Positions 25,693 through 35,558 are shown, counted from the stretch's first letter. The stretch is DNA of 51,131 nucleotides from an uncultured Alphaproteobacteria bacterium (GCA_947167235.1 CAMVHF010000003.1:1-51131), one strand, 5' to 3'. The notes: generated by a model not told the origin, from the sequence alone. Made by a program: numbers and translations.

Positions 25693-26286
25693 ATGATTAC
25701 GCTGATAAACCTCATATTACTTACCTTTTTATATACAACAGATGTATGCGCTCAAACGACGCCTCCAAAATTAGAAATTAATAATCCACAATCTGTTGCC
25801 GAGATAATGATGATGCAGTATGATTTTGATCGTGACGGCATAATTACCGAAAAAGAATTTATCATTGGAAACGGAGAAAGCGGATATCGGGCACATCTCT
25901 CAAATATATATGAAAGTTTAAATTCACAAGATAAAGAAGAAATAACAAAGCAGCAATATTGGTTTATTGAGATGATAGATGCAGCTAAATACAAAAAAGA
26001 TTTATTGTCGTATTTTGAATATTTGGATAATGACTCTGACGGATATATAACGACAGAGGAATATAAAAACACATTTACAGGAAATTATATAGAGAACTTT
26101 GGCCGTAAATATGCTCAAGCAATAGATTCTAATAAAGATAACAAGATATCTAAAAGTGAATATTTAAATTTTGATTTCACTTCTTTACAATCGGGAAGTC
26201 ATGAACAGTTCCGAAATATTGATGCAAATAGTGATAATATTCTAACTTCTGAAGAAATGAAGCAGATTTTTGAAAAACAATGGTAA
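25693..26286 (+). CDS. Secreted EF-hand calcium-binding protein
   Basis: Signal peptide; four EF loops DFDRDGIITEKE, DNDSDGYITTEE, DSNKDNKISKSE, DANSDNILTSEE. Confidence 0.85.
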   Translation: MITLINLILLTFLYTTDVCAQTTPPKLEINNPQSVAEIMMMQYDFDRDGIITEKEFIIGNGESGYRAHLSNIYESLNSQDKEEITKQQYWFIEMIDAAKYKKDLLSYFEYLDNDSDGYITTEEYKNTFTGNYIENFGRKYAQAIDSNKDNKISKSEYLNFDFTSLQSGSHEQFRNIDANSDNILTSEEMKQIFEKQW

Positions 26287-26377
26287 GAATTTATCATTTT
26301 GCGCTATTTAAAATTTTCCGAAAGTTATATTGCAGATTGCTTGTGCATCATAAAAATTAGTACGATACATGCAAACT

Positions 26378-26403
26378 AAAAGCACCCTTCGAGGTGCTTT
26401 TTT
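26378..26403. terminator. Bidirectional terminator
   Basis: AAAAGCACC-cttcga-GGTGCTTTT between convergent genes. Confidence 0.7.
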
Positions 26404-26453
26404 GCGTTGTCAGAACGACTTTTAGCAAAGTCTGTTTAATCCTGAAAACGGTA

Positions 26454-26753
26454 TTAATTGCAATAAATCGAAAAGCTTTCAGGCGCATAAATGCCCATGG
26501 TTAAACCACCCATAAGCGAATCATAAAACGTCCAATGGGCTTCAATGGAATTAATACCTTTCGGAAGGCATACATTCTGCAGATTATAATCTGTCTTTTG
26601 GAACATTCCCCACAAGAAAAAATGACTACGACCTCTATAAGCCGGAACAGTCTTTATATTTTGTTGCTGAGCGAGGTTGAAACGAATAACGTGATCAGTA
26701 CCGCAAGCTGATAGCATTAAAACAAGTCCGATACAAAGTAAAAGTTTTTTCAT
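26454..26753 (-). CDS. Bor/Iss-family lipoprotein
   Basis: Lipobox LSAC; SHFFLWG, conserved Cys, LTMGIYAP..SIYC typical of lambda Bor. Confidence 0.8.
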   Translation of the reverse strand: MKKLLLCIGLVLMLSACGTDHVIRFNLAQQQNIKTVPAYRGRSHFFLWGMFQKTDYNLQNVCLPKGINSIEAHWTFYDSLMGGLTMGIYAPESFSIYCN

Positions 26754-26953
26754 ATGCCGCTCCTCTTACAAAAAATCAAATATAGAGAAATAATCGTTTT
26801 CCAAATTGCCGGATTGAGAATTCTATATTCTTTTGATTACTGCTCTTATAGTTTTAAGATAAATATGCCTGAATGTCAAATGCAAACGGCTCAACTTTGC
26901 AGGCTGACTTAAAGAAACAAGTTTCTTAAATAAATATATCAAAATAGAAAATA

Positions 26954-26982
26954 TTGACAAAATTTAATAATAATGGTACATT
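26954..26982 (+). promoter_or_regulatory. Sigma70-type promoter
   Basis: TTGACA-N17-TACATT with extended -10 TG. Confidence 0.55.
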
Positions 26983-27014
26983 TTTCAATATAAAACAAAG
27001 AAAGTATTGATAAC

Positions 27015-27974
27015 ATGAGTAAAGACGAAGATAAAATCGAAACAATCCGCGATGAAAACGGTATTCCGACGGTATTCAGAGAGGAACTTGATATGCTTCC
27101 GCATTTAAGAAAACTTTGGATAAAGGCTAAAAAATCTAAGTTATATGACAAATTTCGCCATTCCGATTTGAATCCGTATCATTACGGCGTTCGTAAAATA
27201 GATGCGCCGACTTTGGATGAAGCAAAAAAAATTGCTCGCGAAGATGCCAAAAAAGCTGCCGCCTTAAAACAAAAAGTCAATGCCCAATTTATTTGGAACG
27301 GAACACGCTATTACCCTGATAAATATTGCTCACCGCAACAGGAACACGAAGAAGACGATATAATAATACGCGCCGGAATTGATGTTACCGACAGAATTCC
27401 TCGCGATAAAGACGGTAAGTTTGATTTATTGGCCGAAGAACCGATTTTAATTTCGATTATACCGATTGAAGGACCGGCTCTTATCGGTCACGCCTGTATG
27501 CAGTACAAAGATCAGGTTGTCAATCGACTATTACCTTCGATCCATACCGATCCGCTCTACCAAAAATACAAAGAATTCGGAGAATATTTCTATATTTATC
27601 CGAGCCAGTTAGGAATCGATCCGGATAAACTTTATAATGCTATGAAAGAGCATAATATCCTCCACATGGATGACCAATATAACCCTGTAACAAGAAATTG
27701 CGCTCAAAACATATGGTGGGTATTAAAAAAAGTCGGTGTTAAGGACATGGATTTTTACGGACCGGATAAGCTCGGTATGGGCTATGCCACGCCGGGAAAC
27801 AACCCTTTCGGAAAAGGAATAAAACCGTGGTGCTTAAAGCACGGTGTACGCGTTCATTTAGACGAAGTTGCCGAGTATGACAAACGTTACCCGATGACTT
27901 ACGGTGAAAACAAAAAGAATCGCGATAATATGCGACAAATTCGGAAAAATCCTAAAGATCCGAATGTCAGATAG
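27015..27974 (+). CDS. Hypothetical protein, probable permuted papain-like (His-before-Cys) hydrolase
   Basis: LIGHACMQY ... YNPVTRNCAQNIWWVL motif pair. Confidence 0.6.
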   Translation: MSKDEDKIETIRDENGIPTVFREELDMLPHLRKLWIKAKKSKLYDKFRHSDLNPYHYGVRKIDAPTLDEAKKIAREDAKKAAALKQKVNAQFIWNGTRYYPDKYCSPQQEHEEDDIIIRAGIDVTDRIPRDKDGKFDLLAEEPILISIIPIEGPALIGHACMQYKDQVVNRLLPSIHTDPLYQKYKEFGEYFYIYPSQLGIDPDKLYNAMKEHNILHMDDQYNPVTRNCAQNIWWVLKKVGVKDMDFYGPDKLGMGYATPGNNPFGKGIKPWCLKHGVRVHLDEVAEYDKRYPMTYGENKKNRDNMRQIRKNPKDPNVR

Positions 27975-28053
27975 TCTGATTTTTTTAATTGGTGAAATTT
28001 AGAGATTTTATTAACACATATATGTTATTTCCTCTTTTAATGAGGAGATTTAT

Positions 28054-28566
28054 ATGATTGCTTTAGGATATCTATTCACTGTAATAAACTATGTTTTTTA
28101 TTGCATAAGCAGGTTTGCCGAGAAAAAAACGACACTTCTGTTCTTGGATTTAATCGCCAAAATATTCACGATTTTAGGGCTTTATTGCCTGGGTTCACTG
28201 AGCGGCGCCATTTCTTTTATAATCACCTTCTTTTTGCTTATTGTCGCCAATATCAAAGAACAAAAAAACAAAAAATGGCTGCTCGGATTTATTATATTCC
28301 AAACGTTGTATATTCTGACCGTTATTTACCAATACGACGGCCTGCCTTCCATTCTGATTTTTGGAACCTCATCCGTTAATCTTTTATGTGTTTGGTGGCT
28401 TTCGCCGCAAAATATGCGCGTTGTCGGCGGATTTAACAGTATTTTTTATCTGGCATACCAGATAAGCATCAAAAACTGGGCCGGACTGATTGAAATTCTG
28501 GTTATTTTGAGTAATGCTTTGTCGTATCTGAAATACCGAGCTGCAACAAAACCTAAGCTACACTAA
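28054..28566 (+). CDS. YgjV-like inner membrane protein (divergent paralog 3)
   Basis: 170 aa hydrophobic; same topology and QNMR motif; GAGGAG RBS. Confidence 0.65.
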   Translation: MIALGYLFTVINYVFYCISRFAEKKTTLLFLDLIAKIFTILGLYCLGSLSGAISFIITFFLLIVANIKEQKNKKWLLGFIIFQTLYILTVIYQYDGLPSILIFGTSSVNLLCVWWLSPQNMRVVGGFNSIFYLAYQISIKNWAGLIEILVILSNALSYLKYRAATKPKLH

Positions 28567-29147
28567 AGCTTATATCCCAGATATACGGTTGCCGGCTTTT
28601 CTAAACCGCAAGGAACATCTGCCCGATATTCGGCAAACGGATAGTCAGGCGTTCCGGAAAAAGCGGCAATATAATTAAATTTGCAACTGTTTTGAGCCAA
28701 ACAGCTAAAATCCGGTTTTTGACCGATACCGACACCGACAAACCTTGTGGTTTGAAGCATTCCGAAATCGGTTGTAACGATTTTAATGCAACTCTTGGTA
28801 TCTATATTGGCAACTTCAAAAATAACGACGCCGTTTGCATCTACGGTTGCCTTAATTTTAGCTTTATTTCCCGCTTGAATCGTATCATTAACATAGGTCA
28901 GTCCGGCCGGTAAATTACCGGTTTTACTTAAAAACAGAGCATAGTCCTTTTTATATTCATGCACGATTTTCATCGCGTTACCACGCTGTTTACTTACGGT
29001 TGCTCCTAAGCTTGAAAGCTGTGTCATCATGGATTTTATCTGATTTTCATGAAATATTTTATTTGCATACCAATATCCGCCGATGGCAAAAACAGCTAAA
29101 ATTATCACTATTTTAGCCGTCGAAATACCTTGTTGATTAATATTCAT
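28563..29147 (-). CDS. Pilin/pseudopilin-like protein
   Basis: NQQG|ISTAKIVIILAVFAIGG class-III-signal-like N-terminus; NIDTKSCIKIVT typical of PilS/type IVb-like heads; paired Cys. Confidence 0.5.
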   Translation of the reverse strand: MNINQQGISTAKIVIILAVFAIGGYWYANKIFHENQIKSMMTQLSSLGATVSKQRGNAMKIVHEYKKDYALFLSKTGNLPAGLTYVNDTIQAGNKAKIKATVDANGVVIFEVANIDTKSCIKIVTTDFGMLQTTRFVGVGIGQKPDFSCLAQNSCKFNYIAAFSGTPDYPFAEYRADVPCGLEKPATVYLGYKL

Positions 29148-29200
29148 CTTTTATTCCTTAAATGTATTATTTCTTCGTATAACCGCACATAATTCTTGTT

Positions 29201-30331
29201 TTAAAGAGTGTCTTGTTTGCCCTTTTTATCCTTAACAATACTTGCCGCAATCGGTGGTACCGCTGATTTGGTATCATGTTTCTTTTCCGGCGCAGTCGTA
29301 CTTTTAAGATGTTGCTCTACACGTTTGAATGCCTCGCGTATTTTAGGGGTATTAATGTAATTGGTGTAATTATGCCTATCCGGATTCAAGGCTTGTTGCT
29401 TGGCAATAAATTTTGCTATTTGCGAAGCCGGAATATACGACATACTAACGTTTGGTTGATTTGCCAAACGTCTTGTAACGTCACGCGTATCAAACTTAGA
29501 TTGTCCGCCGATTACAACAACATCCGCAGCAATTTTATCCGGCAACTTATCGGCAGAAGTCGCATCAAAAACCGTAAATCCCGGAAGTTGAGAAGCAAGG
29601 TGCTCGGCATCTTTTGCGGATTTAGCTTCAACAACCCAAACGTTGTGCTTTTCTTTGTCGGTTTTTAACGGCTTAAATAAATCCGTATTAATTTTGACGT
29701 AACCGGCAGCATTTTCATCGTCATGCCCTTTATCATAACCTATTTGCGAATAGGTGAAGACATTATTTTTTACAAAATGTCCCCGATAATAAATATTATC
29801 ATCCAAAACACCATTTATTGTGTCATTGTCAAAATAATCGGTATCTTTTAAGAACTTACCTTTGGTATCTCTTTTGAGATTGCCTTTTTCATCGGTTTGA
29901 TAGGTTATCTGTTGCTTATAGCGCAATGTTTCACTGTCAATAACAAAGCCGTCAAGAAACGTATCTTCGGCCGGTACATGGGTAAAGTTAAAATCTTTTT
30001 CAGCGGCTTTTTCTATGCTGATGACACCTTTAGAATTTACATCCCCATAATACGAACCGAATTTTAAATCAGATAAATGAATAACGTATGTATCTTGCGT
30101 TTTGGTATCTTTGACAACCAAATGATGCACTTCGGCCTCAGAGGTGTTTTTTTTACCGCGATTATAGCAGTCTTGCAGATATTTTTCGGTCGTTAAGCCT
30201 AAAACCTGGAGCTTTCCGCATTTTGACCAATCGGTTTTATCTTCGTAGGTTTCCATATTTTCATCAGCAACTGCGTCATTTTGGATTTTATCAAATTCTT
30301 CTTTGATTTCTGAAAATTTCATCTTAGACAT
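29201..30331 (-). CDS. Hypothetical protein
   Basis: 376-aa ORF, no recognisable domain, basic C-terminal tail. Confidence 0.65.
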   Translation of the reverse strand: MSKMKFSEIKEEFDKIQNDAVADENMETYEDKTDWSKCGKLQVLGLTTEKYLQDCYNRGKKNTSEAEVHHLVVKDTKTQDTYVIHLSDLKFGSYYGDVNSKGVISIEKAAEKDFNFTHVPAEDTFLDGFVIDSETLRYKQQITYQTDEKGNLKRDTKGKFLKDTDYFDNDTINGVLDDNIYYRGHFVKNNVFTYSQIGYDKGHDDENAAGYVKINTDLFKPLKTDKEKHNVWVVEAKSAKDAEHLASQLPGFTVFDATSADKLPDKIAADVVVIGGQSKFDTRDVTRRLANQPNVSMSYIPASQIAKFIAKQQALNPDRHNYTNYINTPKIREAFKRVEQHLKSTTAPEKKHDTKSAVPPIAASIVKDKKGKQDTL

Positions 30332-30446
30332 GGCTTTACCCTTATTACTGTTCCTTGTTGGTTTTATTTTAATAAAAAATAGACAAAAGTCAATCGTTTT
30401 TTTCGGCCAAACACATTACGCTTACGTAATACTTTTATGACCAAAC

Positions 30447-30475
30447 TTGACAATTGAGATTATATTTTGCACAAT
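30447..30475 (+). promoter_or_regulatory. Sigma70-type promoter
   Basis: TTGACA-N17-CACAAT, 120 bp upstream of the 30596 start. Confidence 0.45.
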
Positions 30476-30595
30476 ACACATGGTGCATATTGCCGGTCGA
30501 AGTATGCACTCATAATCCGGGTAATTCGCAAAAATTTCCGTAATTAACACAAAGAAACATTCTTGTTATAAAATCGGGTTAAGGGTACTAATCAA

Positions 30596-31096
30596 ATGCA
30601 ACCATTTTTAATTACTGGTAATATATTTTCTTTTTTGGCTTCGGTCTGCACAGCCGTATCCGTGGTAAAGCGAAGCAAAACAGATTTTATGTATTGGCAG
30701 GTTGGCAACACAATTTTCGCCATTTTAACCAATATAGTCTTATTATCCTATTCAGGCGTAACAACAAACAGCGTATCTCTTGTCAGAAATGTTTTGGCTT
30801 ATAAAAATAAGTTATCCTTTATAACAACAGCGGCCATACTCGGTATAAGCATCACTCTCGGTATTATATTCAACAACAGGGGTCTTATAGGCATTCTCCC
30901 TGTCTTTTCATCGGCCGGATACACACTTTGCGTTTATTTAACCAAAAACGAACAGCAATTACGATATGCCCTGATTGTAGATTTATCGCTTTGGGCAACA
31001 TATTACCTTTATATACAAGCATATCCGTCGGTAATTACCTATACAATCCTCAATATTTGGACGGCAATTCAAATTGTACGGAATCTGAAAAAATAA
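30596..31096 (+). CDS. YgjV-family inner membrane protein (paralog 4)
   Basis: GNIFSFLAS, DFMYWQ, RNVLAYKNK, KNEQQLRYAL, IQAYPS motifs. Confidence 0.75.
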   Translation: MQPFLITGNIFSFLASVCTAVSVVKRSKTDFMYWQVGNTIFAILTNIVLLSYSGVTTNSVSLVRNVLAYKNKLSFITTAAILGISITLGIIFNNRGLIGILPVFSSAGYTLCVYLTKNEQQLRYALIVDLSLWATYYLYIQAYPSVITYTILNIWTAIQIVRNLKK

Positions 31097-31255
31097 GCCT
31101 TAAGATGGATTATTTTAAGTACGGCAATACACTGTATTTACGGATATATTAATTATTTTCCATAATTGTACCGCGATTTATGTTGTAAATAGATTTTTTT
31201 GTGATATCGTATGACCAATTTTAAGTAATTATGTATTTATTAAAACTTTACGATT

Positions 31256-31753
31256 ATGGAACATTTATTTGAAGCAAGAGTGATTTTGGGCATATTATGT
31301 CTTATTCACATTTTTATCAACTATGCCGGAGCTCAAGGAGCTTACCGCGGTCACATCAACAAAAAATTGCTGAACAGCCTTTTCATGATTGAGATCTTTG
31401 CCGTAACGGCCTATGTGATTTATGATAATATACAAACACCGCCCCAAGACGGTTGGTTCTTTGCCATTGTCGGTTACTTGTTTGTTTACGGAATGATGTT
31501 TTTGACTTGGGCTCTTCATTGTATTTATGCTTTGCTGGAACCAGATAAAGTCTATGAAATGACCGTTAAAAACCGCCGGAAACTCTTTGAAAATGAATAC
31601 CTTAAAGGTACAGTTGTCGAAGAAAATCACAATCTTGATGTTTACCTCCCGTATTCCGAAAATCTGGATCTTAAAAAAGATACCAATAAACAACAAAACG
31701 TTAAATTTAAGGAAGTATTGCGCGGAACGTATATCATTGTTGAACTTGCCTGA
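31256..31753 (+). CDS. Hypothetical membrane protein
   Basis: Three N-terminal TM segments plus a soluble beta-rich tail. Confidence 0.6.
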   Translation: MEHLFEARVILGILCLIHIFINYAGAQGAYRGHINKKLLNSLFMIEIFAVTAYVIYDNIQTPPQDGWFFAIVGYLFVYGMMFLTWALHCIYALLEPDKVYEMTVKNRRKLFENEYLKGTVVEENHNLDVYLPYSENLDLKKDTNKQQNVKFKEVLRGTYIIVELA

Positions 31754-31827
31754 TTTAAGAACATCCGCTTTGCGCAAACGCATTGCGGATGTTCTCGTAT
31801 TTATGAAATTGCCGTTCCTTAAAATAT

Positions 31828-31856
31828 TTGACAAAAAATATCAAATATGATAAACT
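31828..31856 (+). promoter_or_regulatory. Sigma70-type promoter
   Basis: TTGACA-N17-TAAACT with extended -10 TG. Confidence 0.6.
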
Positions 31857-31882
31857 GACAAAAATAGCGGAAGACGGCGATT

Positions 31883-32785
31883 ATGGAAGAAGATAAATTA
31901 ACCGAAATATTACAGGAAAAATTGGGCAGATTGGCAAAACCTGTCCTCAATGCCGCTGAAAAAAAATTCAAACTTTCGCCGGAATTGCGTGATGAAATTG
32001 CCGAAAAACTCCGTACAGCAGACAGCCGAGAAAAAGTAATGGCTTTACTGACGCAATATGCGGCTGTTGCCACAAACAAAGATAAGACTTCGGCGCCGAC
32101 AGATAAACTTGAAGCTTATTTACAACCTATTGTCGGTAAAGCATGTGCAACCGAGGTCGTCAAGCGCATGGAAGAATTTCATCCGGAATTAAAAGGTAAT
32201 GACAAATTACGGGATACGTTTATAAAAGAATTGGATAAATTTCCCGATGAAGATAAACCTTATTTGGTCGCTGCAACTCTTAAAATATCCAAAATCAGAG
32301 ATGTTTTGGCTTCTAAAGGAGATAACTCCGAATTTGCAGAATCTTATAAAGATTTGGAAAATATTACAACCCGTTTGCTTAAAAATTTTTATAATATTGC
32401 AAAATTCGCTCAAACATCCATTTTCGATGAATCCATACCCGATGGTAAAAAATTAGAATTAATTGAAAGTCCCGTATTTGGTGTGCGAACCATTGTTTTT
32501 AATGATGATATCGTAAAGACAACCCCCGCCGAAAAGGCAAAAGAAGAAATAGATTTAGTCATCGGCAGTGCTGCAGCCGGTGTACCGTATTTTCCGACGG
32601 CTATTGAGTATATCGCCGAAAAATCAGCAAAATCCGCCGAAATTATATTTGATAAAAAAGAATATCGTCATTTTTCAAAATGGTTGAAAGATAAAACTGT
32701 TCAGGATGCGCAAATAGCAGCCGTTTCCGGAAAAACAAATACAAATATGCCGCAAACAAGCAGACAAGGAGTTCAAAATGGCTAA
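31883..32785 (+). CDS. Hypothetical helical protein
   Basis: 300-aa ORF behind a consensus promoter. Confidence 0.65.
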   Translation: MEEDKLTEILQEKLGRLAKPVLNAAEKKFKLSPELRDEIAEKLRTADSREKVMALLTQYAAVATNKDKTSAPTDKLEAYLQPIVGKACATEVVKRMEEFHPELKGNDKLRDTFIKELDKFPDEDKPYLVAATLKISKIRDVLASKGDNSEFAESYKDLENITTRLLKNFYNIAKFAQTSIFDESIPDGKKLELIESPVFGVRTIVFNDDIVKTTPAEKAKEEIDLVIGSAAAGVPYFPTAIEYIAEKSAKSAEIIFDKKEYRHFSKWLKDKTVQDAQIAAVSGKTNTNMPQTSRQGVQNG

Positions 32786-33170
32786 AGAACAACCTCTTTT
32801 CTCAAAAGCGACATTTTGGCTCAATAAAATGTGTGTTTTGCCTTATACCGATGAAGAGCTTGATGCTATCGGTTGCTTAGGTTTTGATATGGCTAAAAAT
32901 AAGGATTTTGCCGATAAATATTTATCAGGTCTTTTGGAAAAACGCGAACTTATAAATCAGCATAAACGTGTGCCGTTTTCGGATCTTAACTTGCAACTCT
33001 ACCGCAAGGTATTGGAACAACCTGATTTACAACAGATTCCCGACTGGATAAGTATGCCGGATCCTAAAACAATAGCAAAGAACAACATTAAAGCTCGAAT
33101 TATAAAAATGTCGCAGAATATACAGAAGAATAATAATATTACCGAGGTTAATGAGCAAAATCGCCGTTAA
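32778..33170 (+). CDS. Hypothetical protein
   Basis: 130 aa, AGGAG RBS, overlaps the upstream stop. Confidence 0.6.
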   Translation: MAKEQPLFSKATFWLNKMCVLPYTDEELDAIGCLGFDMAKNKDFADKYLSGLLEKRELINQHKRVPFSDLNLQLYRKVLEQPDLQQIPDWISMPDPKTIAKNNIKARIIKMSQNIQKNNNITEVNEQNRR

Positions 33171-33209
33171 TTTGTTGCTTGCCTTTAAATACACCGTTCT
33201 TTTTGCGTA

Positions 33210-34244
33210 TCATTCTGCTTTCTGCGGTAAAAATCTCGGATGCAAAACCTTTTTTTCTCTCATTTGCTTGTAGTCTTTTATATATTGTGAAAGAATCTCC
33301 GAATATTTGAAAATCGCCGCTCTGGTCGTCAGATGTTCTTTAGCATATTTCAGTGCGTTTTGAGCTATTTCTTGAGCCTCAACGGGATGTGTTTCAGCCC
33401 AATTGTATTTCGCCTTTAAATCAGATAAATCGGCTTTCACCGGAATGTAATGTTCAAAAGGTATTAAATCTTTGAAATAATATTCATTTTCACCACGGCC
33501 TACATAAAACAGCGGTCTGCCCGAAAACAGTAATAATTTAACTCTGGCCGAATATCCCCATCCCGGAACATCAATTAAATATTTATACTTTGTATGATCC
33601 GGTAAAGAAACATATTTGTTTGCCTCCTGTCTTTTCAATTGATTTTCTTTTGAGGCTTCCTTCCATTCCATTCCGATAAATTCGAAATTTTTGTTATTTT
33701 CACCCATTTTTACCAGTCTTTTTCTGATATTATTGGTAGAGGCATTACCGATCCAAAATATTTTATCGTAAATATACGGTTTTTTCCCGGCTTCTTCGAT
33801 TTCTTTGCAGGTATTATCATAATTAATAATCCCAACTTCCGGCCAATCGGCAAAAGTAAAATCCGGTATCAGGTATTTACTGTCAACGCCGCGATAGGCA
33901 TAAGCTAAAACGTTCGGGTTTCTGGAAAAATCTCCTGTTTCAATATCTAAAGTAAAGTCTGTATCAACCTCATTACGAATTAAATCAAACGCTTTAATAA
34001 ACATTTCTATACAACTTACAACTCTATGCTCCCAGCCTTTTTTGGCACCAATCAGTAAATAATCATCTTTCTTGTTATATTGAACATGTATCATTTCACT
34101 GGTTTGATTTTTGTCATTGGTGACAACATCAACAAAATTTTTGCTTAATCTTTCAATATCCGACTTGAAGGGATAAAAACAGAAACAACCGACTATCCCG
34201 ATAATTATTCCGAGACATAAGAATATTATATTTATTTTTTTCAT
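33210..34244 (-). CDS. Glycosyltransferase family 90 (CAP10/POGLUT/LpsA-like)
   Basis: N-terminal anchor; IPDFTF..WPE, IFWIG, KYKYLIDVPGWGYSARVKLLL, EYYF..L.PFEHYIPVKADLSDL...WA..H...AQEIAQNA. Confidence 0.85.
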   Translation of the reverse strand: MKKINIIFLCLGIIIGIVGCFCFYPFKSDIERLSKNFVDVVTNDKNQTSEMIHVQYNKKDDYLLIGAKKGWEHRVVSCIEMFIKAFDLIRNEVDTDFTLDIETGDFSRNPNVLAYAYRGVDSKYLIPDFTFADWPEVGIINYDNTCKEIEEAGKKPYIYDKIFWIGNASTNNIRKRLVKMGENNKNFEFIGMEWKEASKENQLKRQEANKYVSLPDHTKYKYLIDVPGWGYSARVKLLLFSGRPLFYVGRGENEYYFKDLIPFEHYIPVKADLSDLKAKYNWAETHPVEAQEIAQNALKYAKEHLTTRAAIFKYSEILSQYIKDYKQMREKKVLHPRFLPQKAE

Positions 34245-34265
34245 TTTACATAGTCCATATATGTT

Positions 34266-35558
34266 TTACAATGCATTATCTTTTAAGAAATCTTTATATT
34301 GTGTATGTAATAACATATCAAGTCCCTCTTTGTCAAAATGAGAACAAACATTATACATCGGTATTAAATTATCCAAACTTTCATTCCACTCGACTTCATT
34401 TTCAAGATCACCGCGTTTTTCGGCCACAACCGATATGGTTTCGGCTTTTTTCCAATTATACAATTCAGCATAAGTATCTTTTGCAATATTTTCACGCAAT
34501 TCCGGCGTTATTATAATATTTTCGGCGGCTTCAAGCGTATATCCGTAACGCCGTAAATCATTGTTTAATTTAGCTATATCATCAGCAAAATAAGCCTTAA
34601 AGTCATCAGGATATTTCTGCAAAACGTATCCCGTGTGCGCACAACCTTCGGTATAACCGTTGGTATGACGGTATATAAAAATAACGGATCGAGCGACTTT
34701 ATCCGCCTGTTCGTCCGTTAATTTCGGCGGAAATAAAACACCGTTAATCCAATAATTCAAATTAAGCAATGCCCCTATGATAACAAAAAACATTTCCCCA
34801 AAATAAAAGCGTTTATCCAAAGATTTATGCAAAGTATTTGTCGTATATTCATTTACTTCTTTTTGCACCGGAACGACAAAGAACGGATAAATAATTGCTA
34901 ACAGAAACAACATAACATAGCATGGTACAGCCCATTCGTCCGGAATATAATTTTTTGATAATGCACTTGAAACCAATCTGTCCGTAATAAAAATCCCCAA
35001 AATAGCACATCCGTACCAAGTAAACAGCTTTTTTGACTTTAGGGTTATATTCATGTTCTTAAATAAACTTATTACCGTAAAATAAAAAAACCAACCGCGT
35101 AAGGCAGGAGATACATCGTCATTTGTGGTTTTTTGATAATTTTTCCAGTTTCTGTATCCCCAATAAATAAAATACAGTCCGCCACTGATTATTGCAAAGA
35201 AAATAAGGCGTTTGGTTGAAATCGGATAGTATTCAACCGGCTTGTTACGGTCAATTTTACCATATTTTTTATCATAATCACTCAGATATTTTTTGTATGC
35301 CGGATCGGCGATAAAACCGGCTAAGGTACCCGATATCAAAAGACTGACGATAATCGCTGCCGTATCACTTAAAACCAGATTTAACAGTAAAGCCAACAAC
35401 GGTATCAAAAAGAGAAATAAAATAAAATAACCGGCTAACCCCAGATACATAAAGTAGAAAACCGAAAAAAAGAAAGCATATATATTAAAATTATATTTTT
35501 TTACCTGATCATTTCTGACAACGGTTTGTACCGCATTATTCTCATTATCTGTTTCCAT
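34266..35558 (-). CDS. Membrane protein (DUF2628/DUF4234-like N-terminal domains) with soluble C-terminus
   Basis: FNIYAFFFSVFYFMY and ISGGLYFIYWGYRNWK motifs; multiple TM helices. Confidence 0.6.
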   Translation of the reverse strand: METDNENNAVQTVVRNDQVKKYNFNIYAFFFSVFYFMYLGLAGYFILFLFLIPLLALLLNLVLSDTAAIIVSLLISGTLAGFIADPAYKKYLSDYDKKYGKIDRNKPVEYYPISTKRLIFFAIISGGLYFIYWGYRNWKNYQKTTNDDVSPALRGWFFYFTVISLFKNMNITLKSKKLFTWYGCAILGIFITDRLVSSALSKNYIPDEWAVPCYVMLFLLAIIYPFFVVPVQKEVNEYTTNTLHKSLDKRFYFGEMFFVIIGALLNLNYWINGVLFPPKLTDEQADKVARSVIFIYRHTNGYTEGCAHTGYVLQKYPDDFKAYFADDIAKLNNDLRRYGYTLEAAENIIITPELRENIAKDTYAELYNWKKAETISVVAEKRGDLENEVEWNESLDNLIPMYNVCSHFDKEGLDMLLHTQYKDFLKDNAL

